The notes under the pieces are model-generated. The model ran no database searches and was not told the DNA's origin. It saw nothing but the letters and a program-made list of their open reading frames with translations. The position numbers and the translations under genes were made by a program. Of a stretch of DNA of 64,000 bases, positions 22,885 to 32,659 are shown in pieces (positions within the stretch are counted from its first letter, which is position 1; each line of letters starts with the position of its first letter). This DNA comes from Candidatus Bathyarchaeota archaeon (GTDB lineage: Archaea; Thermoproteota; Bathyarchaeia; Bathyarchaeales; Bathycorpusculaceae): contig CAVYHV010000028.1 of NCBI GenBank assembly GCA_963768425.1, positions 1 to 64,000 on the forward strand. The letters run 5' to 3'.

Positions 22885-24291
22885 ATGCGTAAGAGTTTGG
22901 CTTTAATGGTCACTCTTGTTTTATTTTCTGCTATGTTACTATTGTCGTTGCCAAAAGCAAATGCCCAATCAAGAACTATTATTGTTCCAGATGACTACGC
23001 TACAATAACTGCTGCTATAGGAAACGCAACAGGTGGTGATACCATTCTTGTGCGGTCAGGTACATATGATGGCCCGATCAACAGTACGCTTGTAATCAGT
23101 AAGTCTTTGTCTATTATTGGCGAAAACACTCAAGCAACAATTGTAAATCTTTATCCTGCATATTCCGTTACTTGGATTCTTGACCAGCCTGAGTATAGTT
23201 ACACCGATGCAATTACGATAACAGCTAATTCATGCCTTCTGCAAGATTTGACTCTGCAGATAGCGACTGGTGGATATGTCACTGCTAAAGGAAATCAAAT
23301 TCTTATTGCAAACGACAAAATAATGACTGGCGTAATGGCAGGAGTAAACATCCAAGGTTCTAACTGTAGAGTAACAAATAATGTGATGGATGGAACCATC
23401 CTGGTAACTGGAAACTACAATCAAATTGATGATAACTCTGGATGCTTTATTGACGTAGGGGTTAGTCAAGTTAATGGATCATTGGGTGGTTCCTATAACT
23501 ATGTTGAAGACAACACTTGCACAGGCTTAGCCTTGGGCTATTGCAGCAATAACGCATTTTTCGGAAACAATATTTTAGGTAACTCCTATGAGCCAGCGGG
23601 TATTGACATATCGTGGAGCACTAACAACTTTATTTACGAAAACCAAATAACAGGCCTGATTTATGGTTACGGTTTCAGCTTTTGGCACTCTTCAAATAAC
23701 ACGATCGAAGCAAATGATGTCACAGGCTTTACGGATGCAGGTCTTTGCTTCGCTGCTTCAAGCAATAATTTGTTTACTCTTAACAATTTCTATGGTACTC
23801 CTCATCCGTATATCCCATATGTATATGACCGATCCAGCGACCCAAACTATGCAAGTACAGGAATAACACTTTCAGTAAATATCTGGAACGATAATGGTTT
23901 GGGCAATTATTGGGGTGACTACCTAGCAAAGTATCCTAATGCAACCGAAGTGAACAGCACTGGGGTAGGCAGCATTCCTTACATCATAAACGAGAATAAC
24001 ACCGATTCATATCCCTTAATGACCAACTATGAAATTACAACGGCATCAATCCAACTGCCCGACTGGACAAATCTAACCCTCCCAGACATTATTCAAACTC
24101 CTATTTTTCCTTCGCCACAGCCGAGCACAACTGTCACGCCCCCACCTCTTCTTCTTAATCCAAGACCTTCTTCAACTCCCTCATCAACCTCTGCCGTTCC
24201 AGAGCTATCTTTGTTAGTAATAGTTCCTTTGCTTCTATTCCTCTTCTTTGTCGCTGTCATAGTTAGGCATCGAAAAACCGGTAACTTGTAA
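22885..24291 (+). CDS. NosD/CASH parallel beta-helix surface protein with PEF-CTERM-like sorting signal
   Basis: IIVPDDYATI, GNYWGDY, DSYPL motifs; VPEL-TM-RHRK tail. Confidence 0.9.
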   Translation: MRKSLALMVTLVLFSAMLLLSLPKANAQSRTIIVPDDYATITAAIGNATGGDTILVRSGTYDGPINSTLVISKSLSIIGENTQATIVNLYPAYSVTWILDQPEYSYTDAITITANSCLLQDLTLQIATGGYVTAKGNQILIANDKIMTGVMAGVNIQGSNCRVTNNVMDGTILVTGNYNQIDDNSGCFIDVGVSQVNGSLGGSYNYVEDNTCTGLALGYCSNNAFFGNNILGNSYEPAGIDISWSTNNFIYENQITGLIYGYGFSFWHSSNNTIEANDVTGFTDAGLCFAASSNNLFTLNNFYGTPHPYIPYVYDRSSDPNYASTGITLSVNIWNDNGLGNYWGDYLAKYPNATEVNSTGVGSIPYIINENNTDSYPLMTNYEITTASIQLPDWTNLTLPDIIQTPIFPSPQPSTTVTPPPLLLNPRPSSTPSSTSAVPELSLLVIVPLLLFLFFVAVIVRHRKTGNL

Positions 24292-24343
24292 ATAGCAAAC
24301 GCATGACAAAACTTAAAACGTCATGGAGCAGAAATAACGTTTC

Positions 24344-24547
24344 ATGAACAGCATAATTACGGGCATAGGAATACTGTTGTTCATAGTAGGATTGGTTATG
24401 GGAATTTTTTCTGGAGCAGGCTTAGCACATAACGTTACGTCCGAACCGACTGCCCTTCTCCCAAATTACCTTGGAGACGCGGTAATAGCTATTGCCTTAA
24501 TGGTAATCGGAGTTCTCATGGTTATTTTGGGCATCAAGAAGTTTTAG
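24344..24547 (+). CDS. small two-TM protein
   Basis: Two hydrophobic helices; own TATA. Confidence 0.7.
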   Translation: MNSIITGIGILLFIVGLVMGIFSGAGLAHNVTSEPTALLPNYLGDAVIAIALMVIGVLMVILGIKKF

Positions 24548-24638
24548 GTCTGGTCACTTTGGAAACAGCAAGCGATGGCAAACCTTAAAAATTGAATGCA
24601 GAAAAGTATTACTGATTACAACAGATTGGGATTGAACG

Positions 24639-24872
24639 TTGGATAAGAAAGGTTTTGGTAAAATAATCCTAATTTTAGGAGTCGCTTCACTGCTTTTAGG
24701 GTTCGGTGTCATAACAGGCAGCAGCTTTTTTGGTACTTCGGAATATTATGGAAGCTTTCCTAACTTCATTGTAAATGGCGTACCGATATGGTTCGCAAGT
24801 GTGATTGCCGTAACATTCGGAATTCTTGGATTTGCGCTTATTTATCTTGGAGCAAAAGAGTTAGGCGAGTAA
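24639..24872 (+). CDS. small two-TM protein
   Basis: Two hydrophobic helices; own TATA. Confidence 0.7.
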   Translation: MDKKGFGKIILILGVASLLLGFGVITGSSFFGTSEYYGSFPNFIVNGVPIWFASVIAVTFGILGFALIYLGAKELGE

Positions 24873-25058
24873 GTAGACCTTTTGTCCTGCGACAAGTGAT
24901 TGCAAAAAAGCAAAGGGCAAAAACTTGAAACTGAATGGCGTAGAAATAGCTCGAAAGCTAAAAGGTTAGTCAAGGAACTTTTACGAATTAGCCTTTTATT
25001 TCTAACATTATAATAATATTTACTACACTGTGGCAACGATAGGCAATGCAAACAAGAG

Positions 25059-25760
25059 TTATTGCTTTGGTTTTTCTTGTTTTGGTGTTTTTTCTCTCAG
25101 AATAGGAATTACGAATTCCACAATTACAAGCAACATTATGAGCGCAATTACTAGCGGCAAGCCCCAAGAGCTTTCCTGCATGATCATTGTTATCCAACCA
25201 AAATAGGGAATACGCATAATCACTTTGCCAACAACGAGGTTTTGAGGCACTCCCGGTGGGTTACTAAAGTCCCACTGGTCTTGGCCTGAAGTTGGTGTTT
25301 GGGGCCAGGGGTTGCCGTTTCCGTCGCCTTTGGTTTGGAAGTACATTGTGCCGTTAATGGTTTCTTCTTTGATTATTCGGTGAACAATTAATTCGCCATT
25401 AACTGGACTGTGAAATGTAATTATGTCGCTATGGGGGTAATTGACGTTTAAATCTTTAGCGTTTACACCCTCTATGATTACGATATCTCCTACGTCTAAG
25501 GTTCTTGAGAAAGGATGAGTGAAGCTTATCCAAAGGTTATGTGCCGTCGGAAGGATCTCTCCGGTCTTTGCCTGTCCTACGTAATAGTTACCAGCAGTAG
25601 GTATGTACATGCTTTGACTTATAACTACCAAGGTTGGAGAATTTGTGTGGAGAACTAACTGCGAGCCTAAAAAGAAACCTAAAACTATTGCCACGATAAG
25701 GATGACGGCAACTAGTGTTTTGAAGTAATTGTTTTTCCACATCTTTTTGAGAGCTATCAA
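25059..25760 (-). CDS. signal peptidase I (S26, archaeal/ER type)
   Basis: SQSM, GDIV, IVHR, TKGD motifs. Confidence 0.9.
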   Translation of the reverse strand: MIALKKMWKNNYFKTLVAVILIVAIVLGFFLGSQLVLHTNSPTLVVISQSMYIPTAGNYYVGQAKTGEILPTAHNLWISFTHPFSRTLDVGDIVIIEGVNAKDLNVNYPHSDIITFHSPVNGELIVHRIIKEETINGTMYFQTKGDGNGNPWPQTPTSGQDQWDFSNPPGVPQNLVVGKVIMRIPYFGWITMIMQESSWGLPLVIALIMLLVIVEFVIPILREKTPKQEKPKQ

Positions 25761-26326
25761 GCCTTTTGCCTCAGCAAACGAAAACGTACCTGTTCATAAG
25801 ACGGCCAACGCGTTTTAAAAGTTAACGTTAAAAAAATAAGAAAAAAAAGTTAACGAAAGCCTCAAACAATAAAAGATCCCGAAATAGGAAAGATAAAAAA
25901 TAGGGAAAAGTGTGTTTGGTAGGTCAAAGCACGTTTTGGTCTTGACGCGCAAGGTTCTCAAGTTTGGGCTAAGTAGCCTCCGTGTCCTGCCAATGTTGAC
26001 CCACTCAAACGTTTTCCTTTTTAAGGGAACATTCTTCCCGTTTAACATGTACCAGGATCTTTCGATAAAGGGTTTTTTGATGGTTTTTTTGTACTTCGAA
26101 GTTTAAGGAAATTTATTGCACGAAAAAGCAACCTTAGTTAGACGAGTGACCCTGACCTTCGATGTTAATTTTACTTTTTTAAGGACATGCGTTGCGAAAA
26201 CAAGGCTGTCGTCCAACGTTTGCTTCCTGTAAGTGTCGAATTTTGTGCTTCTTTTTGGAGTTCTGAAAAAACCGTTTCGAATGTTAACCGAAATGCTGAA
26301 TTCTTTCAAGTAACCAAATCAACGCC

Positions 26327-27127
26327 TTATGGCTTGCATGCTTCTGCTTCTAGGCGCTTCATACAAACGTGAACTGTGCCCTCAGCATCTGCCGGGTGCT
26401 CCTTTAGATAGCGTTTAACTATTTGCTCTACGAATTTTGGCTTAAGTTCGGCGGGAAGTTTGTCTGTAAAGGGCAACCATGTTGTCCGTACCCACCCGGC
26501 TAAGCCTTCTGCACCGTTATGCTTCATGTCTTTAGGAAAGAGCTCAACCCGTCCAGCGACTAAGCCAGCTTCCTTCAGGAACGCTTTGTACTCTTCGGGG
26601 TCGTAGAAACCGTAAGGAAACGCCATTTTGCTAAAGAAGCCTTTCCACGGTTCCACATCCGCAAGCTCGTTTATGATGTTTAGAACGTCTTTTGCGTTGC
26701 CTTTGCCCGCCATCTGAAACAGCAATCTGCCGCCTGGCTTTAGGCTTCTTTGAACACCCGCGAGTACTGCTTTTTGATCAACAATCCAGTGAAGTGCAGC
26801 GTTAGAAAACGCCACGTCGAACTCCTCTTGGAAAGTTAGTTTTCTCGCATCCATAACTTGAAAGGACAGGTTCGGGAAGCTACTCAGTGGAAAAGAGGTT
26901 CTTGCCAAGTTTATCATTTTTTCCGAACTGTCAACGCCAGTAGCCCTGCCTTCTGGAAGGCACTCTGCAACTTCCGCCGTGATTTTCCCGTCTCCGCAGC
27001 CAACGTCCAACAGGGCTTCGTTTCCTCGAAGTTTCAGTTTCGGGATCAGCTCCTTTGCCCATTGGAACTGGTTCGCCGAGTTTTTAGCGTAGTCTTGAGC
27101 GTTCCAATTGTAAGGTTGGCTTGCCAT
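26327..27127 (-). CDS. class I SAM methyltransferase, trans-aconitate methyltransferase-like
   Basis: LDVGCGDG and FSNAALHW motifs. Confidence 0.9.
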   Translation of the reverse strand: MASQPYNWNAQDYAKNSANQFQWAKELIPKLKLRGNEALLDVGCGDGKITAEVAECLPEGRATGVDSSEKMINLARTSFPLSSFPNLSFQVMDARKLTFQEEFDVAFSNAALHWIVDQKAVLAGVQRSLKPGGRLLFQMAGKGNAKDVLNIINELADVEPWKGFFSKMAFPYGFYDPEEYKAFLKEAGLVAGRVELFPKDMKHNGAEGLAGWVRTTWLPFTDKLPAELKPKFVEQIVKRYLKEHPADAEGTVHVCMKRLEAEACKP

Positions 27128-27140
27128 CTGCTTCGCCTGC

Positions 27141-27719
27141 TTATTTGAAGGCCATTTGTGAAACGGAGTAGTAGACGATTTCGCCTCGGCGATTCATAAC
27201 TGCGAGGACCATCTCTTTCTTTTGGCTTTGGCACTGCCGCAGCGCATCTGCCATCTGGTCTATACCCAAGGGTTTCCCTTCCTGTATGCTGAGAATAAGG
27301 TAAGGCGCAGTGTCTTTGCCGTAAGCTCCACGTTCGTAAACCCGAAAATCAATGCCGCCGCCAAACCCTTCCCGTGCAACGTAACCTCGGCTTCTCAGGT
27401 CGCGATAAACGATGTAGCTGACCCAAGCGTTCTCGTTTACGGCTTCATAGCAGCGCAGGAGACCTTTGAAATCCACCTTTTTGCCTTTATCGTCTTTGAC
27501 TTCCAGCATCCCCTTGTCCGCAAGGAACAAAGCCTCAAAGAAAGATAGCGTGAAAACCTTGTCCTCCAGCGTGCCGTAACCCCGTGAAGTCAACGCATCA
27601 ATGTTGCTTTGGTCGGCTACGACCACGCCTTTTTTTGCAAGGATACCATTTGTTCGAAATTCGGGAGGAGCAGATTTCTTGTTCTCAGTCATGAGTAAAT
27701 CAACCGCAATAGACTTCAT
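27141..27719 (-). CDS. endA: tRNA-intron splicing endonuclease subunit, probably structural (beta)
   Basis: LSFFEALFL, VYRDLRSRGY, DFRVY motifs; catalytic Tyr and His not conserved. Confidence 0.85.
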   Translation of the reverse strand: MKSIAVDLLMTENKKSAPPEFRTNGILAKKGVVVADQSNIDALTSRGYGTLEDKVFTLSFFEALFLADKGMLEVKDDKGKKVDFKGLLRCYEAVNENAWVSYIVYRDLRSRGYVAREGFGGGIDFRVYERGAYGKDTAPYLILSIQEGKPLGIDQMADALRQCQSQKKEMVLAVMNRRGEIVYYSVSQMAFK

Positions 27720-27829
27720 TTTGGAGTTGTTAACTCTTTAACATTATGCTTTGCTAAAACCCGTTTTTGTGCAAACTGTGAGAAACTGATAAATTAGTTT
27801 GAGCCGTAGCTGAATGTTAAGGTGTTGAA

Positions 27830-29122
27830 TTGGTTTCTGAAAGAATAACACATTTTCATGGTTGTCAATTGGCTACGTCTAAATCCGTGAAGCAGCATAA
27901 GCTTAGAAAGCTTGTTGCGTCGCTTTCAGGGAAAGAGGGAAAGGGAACGGAATTCATCTCACTCTATATTCCTCCAAAGACACCGATCGATCAAGTAGTC
28001 GCAACCCTCAAAGCAGAGTCCGATTCTGCTGATACAAAAAGTGAAAGCCTCAAAGACATTTGGGAACGCCGTCAAGATGCCCTCAAAAATGTAATTCAAC
28101 ACATGAAGCTGCAAAAGGAAATCCCAGAAAATGGGCTCGCACTTTTTGCTGGATCTTTCGCCGCTAACGCTTCGGCAAGCGAATCCATAAACGTCGAAGA
28201 ACTCCTTCCACCTGAGCCGATCACCGCTTATCTTTACGTGGTTGAAAACCATTTTGATTTAGAGCCGCTAAGGGAGATGCTCAGAAACCAAAAAGTGGTG
28301 GGCCTCATCGCCCTGGATTCCAAAGAAGCCAGCTTCGGATTACTCAATGGTGAACGTTTCGAATTTATCGAAAATATCACTTCAGGGATTCCAGGAAAGT
28401 CTGGGAAGGGCGGGTCAAGCCAGAGAAGGTACGAGCGAGAACGTGACATGTCAGTTACCTACTTTTTCCATCGGATCGCGGAGCATGCGGCAGCGGATTT
28501 TCTCGAGAAACACAAAGTTACCGCGTTAGTAATCGGAGGGCCTGGTCCAACAAAACAGGCTTTCGCAGCTGGTGATTACCTTCACTATGAGTTAAAAAAT
28601 GCCATTATAGCCGTAGTTGATACGCAGTCCGCCGGCAAAGAAGGCGTTAGAGAGGTTCTTAACAAATCATCTGAGACAATCAAGAACATGTGTGCGCCCG
28701 AAGAGAAAATGGTTATGCAGCGTCTTCTAGCAGAGATGAACAAAGAAAACGGTTTAGCCACTTATGGATTAGATTCAGTGTTAAATGCACTTGAGAAAGG
28801 TGAAGTTGAAGTAGCGTTGGTTACAGACTCCACAGAAAGGATTGAAATTGTTGCATTGTGCAAAAAATGCGGACAGACAAAGGCAAAGATTGAACACAAA
28901 GCTGAGAAAACTCAAACTGTTCAGGAAATGCTATCGAGCCCCTGTAAAAAATGCGGCGCGTTTGATTATGAGGTGGAGGAGAAAGACATAGTGGATGTCT
29001 TGGAAGATTTGGCTTCACAGACAAACGCAACTGTTGAAGTAATATCTACTGAGTCAGAAGAAAAAGCAAAGTTAGCAGCTTTAGGAGGTCTTGCCGCTGT
29101 CCTGAGATACAGACCAAGATAA
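27830..29122 (+). CDS. prf1: peptide chain release factor aRF1-like protein, divergent motifs
   Basis: GTEFISLYIPP, PENGLALF, GGPGPTK, TYG, VEVISTESEE, LGGLAAVLRY motifs; zinc-ribbon minidomain. Confidence 0.85.
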   Translation: MVSERITHFHGCQLATSKSVKQHKLRKLVASLSGKEGKGTEFISLYIPPKTPIDQVVATLKAESDSADTKSESLKDIWERRQDALKNVIQHMKLQKEIPENGLALFAGSFAANASASESINVEELLPPEPITAYLYVVENHFDLEPLREMLRNQKVVGLIALDSKEASFGLLNGERFEFIENITSGIPGKSGKGGSSQRRYERERDMSVTYFFHRIAEHAAADFLEKHKVTALVIGGPGPTKQAFAAGDYLHYELKNAIIAVVDTQSAGKEGVREVLNKSSETIKNMCAPEEKMVMQRLLAEMNKENGLATYGLDSVLNALEKGEVEVALVTDSTERIEIVALCKKCGQTKAKIEHKAEKTQTVQEMLSSPCKKCGAFDYEVEEKDIVDVLEDLASQTNATVEVISTESEEKAKLAALGGLAAVLRYRPR

Positions 29123-29186
29123 GGCGGAAGGAAACCACGACATGCTCCTCCAGTTTAATTGGAAGAGTAGTTGACACGGAACGCTG

Positions 29187-30215
29187 TCACTTGACTGATG
29201 CCATTTTTTTGAATGAGCCAAAGTCTTTGCTGTAGTAAACTTGGGTTTCGCAGATTATCGCAGATACGTACTTCAGCGGTGTGATGTCGAAGGCTGGATT
29301 CATGACTTTGACGCCGTCAGGCGCAATTTGAACTGAGCCGATATGGGTGACTTCTTCGGGTTTTCGCTCCTCAATAACCACGTCCGACGCCTTATGCGCG
29401 AGGTCGAACGTCGATTTTGGCGCCGCAACAAAAAACGGTATCCCATGCTCATGCGCGAGCACAGCTACTGAGTAAGTGCCGATCTTGTTGACGACGCCGT
29501 CTTGGACAATGCGGTCGGAACCCACGATAACCTTGTCAACGAGACCTTCACTCATAACGTAGCCCGCCATGTTATCGGTTATCAAAGTCACAGGGATCCC
29601 GTCACGCATTAGCTCGTACGCTGTTAGTCGTGCACCCTGAAGTAGCGGTCGGGTTTCGTCGGCGATGACACTGATTTTCTTGCCTTCTTCCCATGCTGCG
29701 CGGATAACGCCAAGCGCTGTTCCGTACTCCACGGTCGCCAACTCGCCTGCGTTGCAATGAGTCAAAATGGTGTCCCCGTCTTCTATAAGCACAGAGCCAT
29801 TTTTGCCGATGGCGCGGTTCTGATCGGCGTCTTCGTCAGCTATTTTTTGCGCTTCCAAAATAGCCGCCTGCTTAACCGCTTCAACGCTGCCCTCTGCGCT
29901 TCGGGCTTTGCCCAACACGCGGTCAACGCCCCAGAAAAGGTTTACAGCTGTGGGACGCTGACGCTTAATGATCGCTCCCGCATCTTCAAGTTCAGAAAGC
30001 AGTTTTTCTCTGTTTTTAGCTTTTGAATGGTAAGCTGCCAACGCGACTCCGAAACCTGCCGCTGCACCCAAAAGTGGAGCGCCTCTTACGCGGAGCGTTT
30101 TTATGGCTTCAGCCATCTGCTCAACCGTTTTGATTTCTAATGTGACTTCTTGAAGTGGAAGCTTGGTCTGGTCAGGCGTAATAACTGTACCGTCTCGCCA
30201 CTGTATCATCCGCAT
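29187..30215 (-). CDS. mtnA: S-methyl-5-thioribose-1-phosphate isomerase
   Basis: VRGAP, RPTAVNL, LTHCNAG, ETRPLLQGARLT, NKIGTY motifs. Confidence 0.95.
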   Translation of the reverse strand: MRMIQWRDGTVITPDQTKLPLQEVTLEIKTVEQMAEAIKTLRVRGAPLLGAAAGFGVALAAYHSKAKNREKLLSELEDAGAIIKRQRPTAVNLFWGVDRVLGKARSAEGSVEAVKQAAILEAQKIADEDADQNRAIGKNGSVLIEDGDTILTHCNAGELATVEYGTALGVIRAAWEEGKKISVIADETRPLLQGARLTAYELMRDGIPVTLITDNMAGYVMSEGLVDKVIVGSDRIVQDGVVNKIGTYSVAVLAHEHGIPFFVAAPKSTFDLAHKASDVVIEERKPEEVTHIGSVQIAPDGVKVMNPAFDITPLKYVSAIICETQVYYSKDFGSFKKMASVK

Positions 30216-30284
30216 TTTCTCTATTCCTCGAATTATGTCGGTTACTGCTTAGTTAGATAAGGCTAAGTTAAAGATTTTCTGTTC

Positions 30285-30676
30285 TTACTGCTTGTTCCGT
30301 TGGACTAAGTCGTAAAGGTTTCCGTAAAGGTCCTCGAAAACAACTTCGACACCCCAAGCCTGCTCCGTAGGTTCATCGTAAAATTTCACGCCTCCCGCTT
30401 TCATGACTTTGTAGTCTCGGAGGCAATCGTCTGTTTCCAAAGTCATAAAAACATGGTCGCCCGCTTGCTTGCCCAGCGCATTCCGTTTCTCCTCGGTATC
30501 TGCCAAAACAAACGTTAACTCGAGATCAGGTTGTTCTTTCGGAGAAACAGTAACCCAACGCATATCTCCCCAAAACTTAGTGTCCTGCCGCTTCACAAAA
30601 CCAAGCTTTTCCACGTAAAATTTTGCGGCTTCATCAAAATCCTTCACTAATAACGTAACGTGACCAATCTTCATCC
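30285..30676 (-). CDS. VOC/glyoxalase family protein
   Basis: HVTLLV..FYVEKLGF..FEDLYGN. Confidence 0.9.
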
Positions 30677-30738
30677 ATATTACTCCTATCTTGCAAATGA
30701 AAAGTTGGTTGCCTAAGCTAAAAAGCTTAAGCCGAGGT

Positions 30739-31491
30739 TTATGCTGAGTTGTCAAATGGCGATTTTAGATGGGTAACAACTTCGACGGGTGACTCTTCCC
30801 CTGACTTCAGACGTTTCTTCCATTCTTCCCCGACTGCGATAAGCGAGAAGATGCCTGAGACCTCAGCTTTCGACTTCTTTACAAGAGTGACTAGAGCTTC
30901 CTGGGTTTCGCCGCTTTTGATCATGTCGTCCACGATCAGTACACTGTCGCGTTTTTTGATGGCTTCTTTGGGGATGTAGAGGGTGACGGTTACTCCTGAA
31001 TCTTTGCCGAGAATATACGTTTCATCAATGAACGCTTTAACTCCGACTTCCTTGTTGCGTTTCGCAACAATTAAGTTCACGCCAAGCGCGTTGGCAACCA
31101 TGGTGGCTAATGGGATACCATCTACAGCGGCGGTTAAAACTTTGGTGACCCGTTTTCCCGCGAAGTTTGCGAGGGCGTGGTTGGCGGCTTGCTGGAGGAT
31201 GTTGTAGTCGCCTACGATTTCGGTATTGTCAAAGTAGCCTGCGTCGTCGAATTTTATTCTGTTTCGCAACTCTGCTTCTAACCCAACCATTTTGTTTAGG
31301 ACACGCCAGAGCTGTTTGGCACGCGCGGTGTTAGGTAAAACGTGGCCTTTTGCATATCGGCTGAGAACGGTGACAGGTAGATCGGTTTTTGAGGCTAGTT
31401 CGCGGTAAGTGATGTTTCGTTTGTATTTTGCAGTGCGCAACAGTTCAATAGTCATTAGCCTTAATTTCAAATCTTCCGCGTGAGTGCTCAA
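30739..31491 (-). CDS. HTH plus phosphoribosyltransferase domain protein (PurR-like)
   Basis: TYRELAS..LSRYAKGHVLP; VLIVDDMIKSGET. Confidence 0.9.
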   Translation of the reverse strand: MSTHAEDLKLRLMTIELLRTAKYKRNITYRELASKTDLPVTVLSRYAKGHVLPNTARAKQLWRVLNKMVGLEAELRNRIKFDDAGYFDNTEIVGDYNILQQAANHALANFAGKRVTKVLTAAVDGIPLATMVANALGVNLIVAKRNKEVGVKAFIDETYILGKDSGVTVTLYIPKEAIKKRDSVLIVDDMIKSGETQEALVTLVKKSKAEVSGIFSLIAVGEEWKKRLKSGEESPVEVVTHLKSPFDNSA

Positions 31492-31704
31492 CTCGACCTT
31501 ATCCCCTTTTGTACATTTACAAGTTAATTAAACGACATTTAGTTAATATCGCAGCTATTGAATTTATGGCTTTCTGTCTAAAGAGGCGGGGCATGAATTC
31601 CCACTCCAAAAAAGTGCAGAAAGACCTGAGGCAGCATACTACGCGTCTTTTACATTAAACTTTTTAGACACCGCGCCAAGTGCTATACCAAAGGGGGACG
31701 AAGC

Positions 31705-32256
31705 ATGCAGAGACTTAATCGACTATTCATAACCGCGCTTTTCGGCTCAATAATCTTCGTCGTCAACGCGTTTTTGCCGCCCCCGATAAACTACGTTCTA
31801 ATCGTTGTTCAGGCAATCGTTCTCGCCTTAAGCGGATTATTCGTCAAAGAATTGGGCGCAACGTACGTCGGTGCGGTCGGCGGACTCTTAACAGCATTGG
31901 GCAGCCCCGCGCTTGGGCCATTCACGTTCCTTTTCTCGTTTCTATTTGGAGCCTTAACCGACGGTTCCCTTCGTCTCTTCAGAATCAACGCAACCTCAGA
32001 GGGCGTTAACCGCAACAGACTCATACTTGCCATGGCGCTGTCAACCATGCTGATCGGGTTAATCAGTTATTCAGCGTTCGCTCTTTTCCCACAGTTCGTT
32101 CCTCTTGCAAGAGAGTTTTCAAGCGTCGGCTTATTCATCCAGAGAAGCACAATGCTCGACATGCTAGTTTTGTTTATCGGTCCAGCCACGGGAATTGTGG
32201 CGGGTTACGCTGCGGCTTATCTATGGAACAAGTACCTGCGCCATATCCGCGTCTAA
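31705..32256 (+). CDS. membrane protein, ECF S-component-like
   Basis: 5-6 TM helices. Confidence 0.7.
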   Translation: MQRLNRLFITALFGSIIFVVNAFLPPPINYVLIVVQAIVLALSGLFVKELGATYVGAVGGLLTALGSPALGPFTFLFSFLFGALTDGSLRLFRINATSEGVNRNRLILAMALSTMLIGLISYSAFALFPQFVPLAREFSSVGLFIQRSTMLDMLVLFIGPATGIVAGYAAAYLWNKYLRHIRV

Positions 32257-32522
32257 AAGCTCATTTGCTTGATTTTTTCGTCAATCAACTTGGCTATCAT
32301 CAGATTGGAGATGAACACGCATTTGACACCCAGCAGCTCTGCCAACTCAGCGGGTTTCTGATCCTCTGTTACTAAAAGCAGCTTGTGTTCGCCCGCATAC
32401 TCCACGATTTCTCGGTCTTTCGCACCCTTCAACCCAGCCTCCTGAGCCGTCAGCACTTCATAGCCCATGGTTTCGAAATACTCTTTGAAGCCAGCGTACA
32501 TCTCATCAAGAAGTAACTTCAT
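32253..32522 (-). CDS. DUF5615/Mut7-C PIN-like protein
   Basis: KLLLDEM..GYEV..D.EI..LVTED. Confidence 0.85.
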   Translation of the reverse strand: MKLLLDEMYAGFKEYFETMGYEVLTAQEAGLKGAKDREIVEYAGEHKLLLVTEDQKPAELAELLGVKCVFISNLMIAKLIDEKIKQMSF

Positions 32523-32659
32523 AACCTACCCATTTCTGTTTCCGCATGAAGTTATTTAGCCTTTGCTAACCCGCGCCTCTCTGAAATAGGCGGACACACA
32601 AAAAATTTAAACAACATGCATCTAGCAATTCAGTCAACACTTCGTTTGAAGATGAGAAT

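Noticed and set aside
25800-26320. Possible ncRNA or small ORFs between SPase I and the methyltransferase
   Set aside because: I could not support any recognisable motif or structure.
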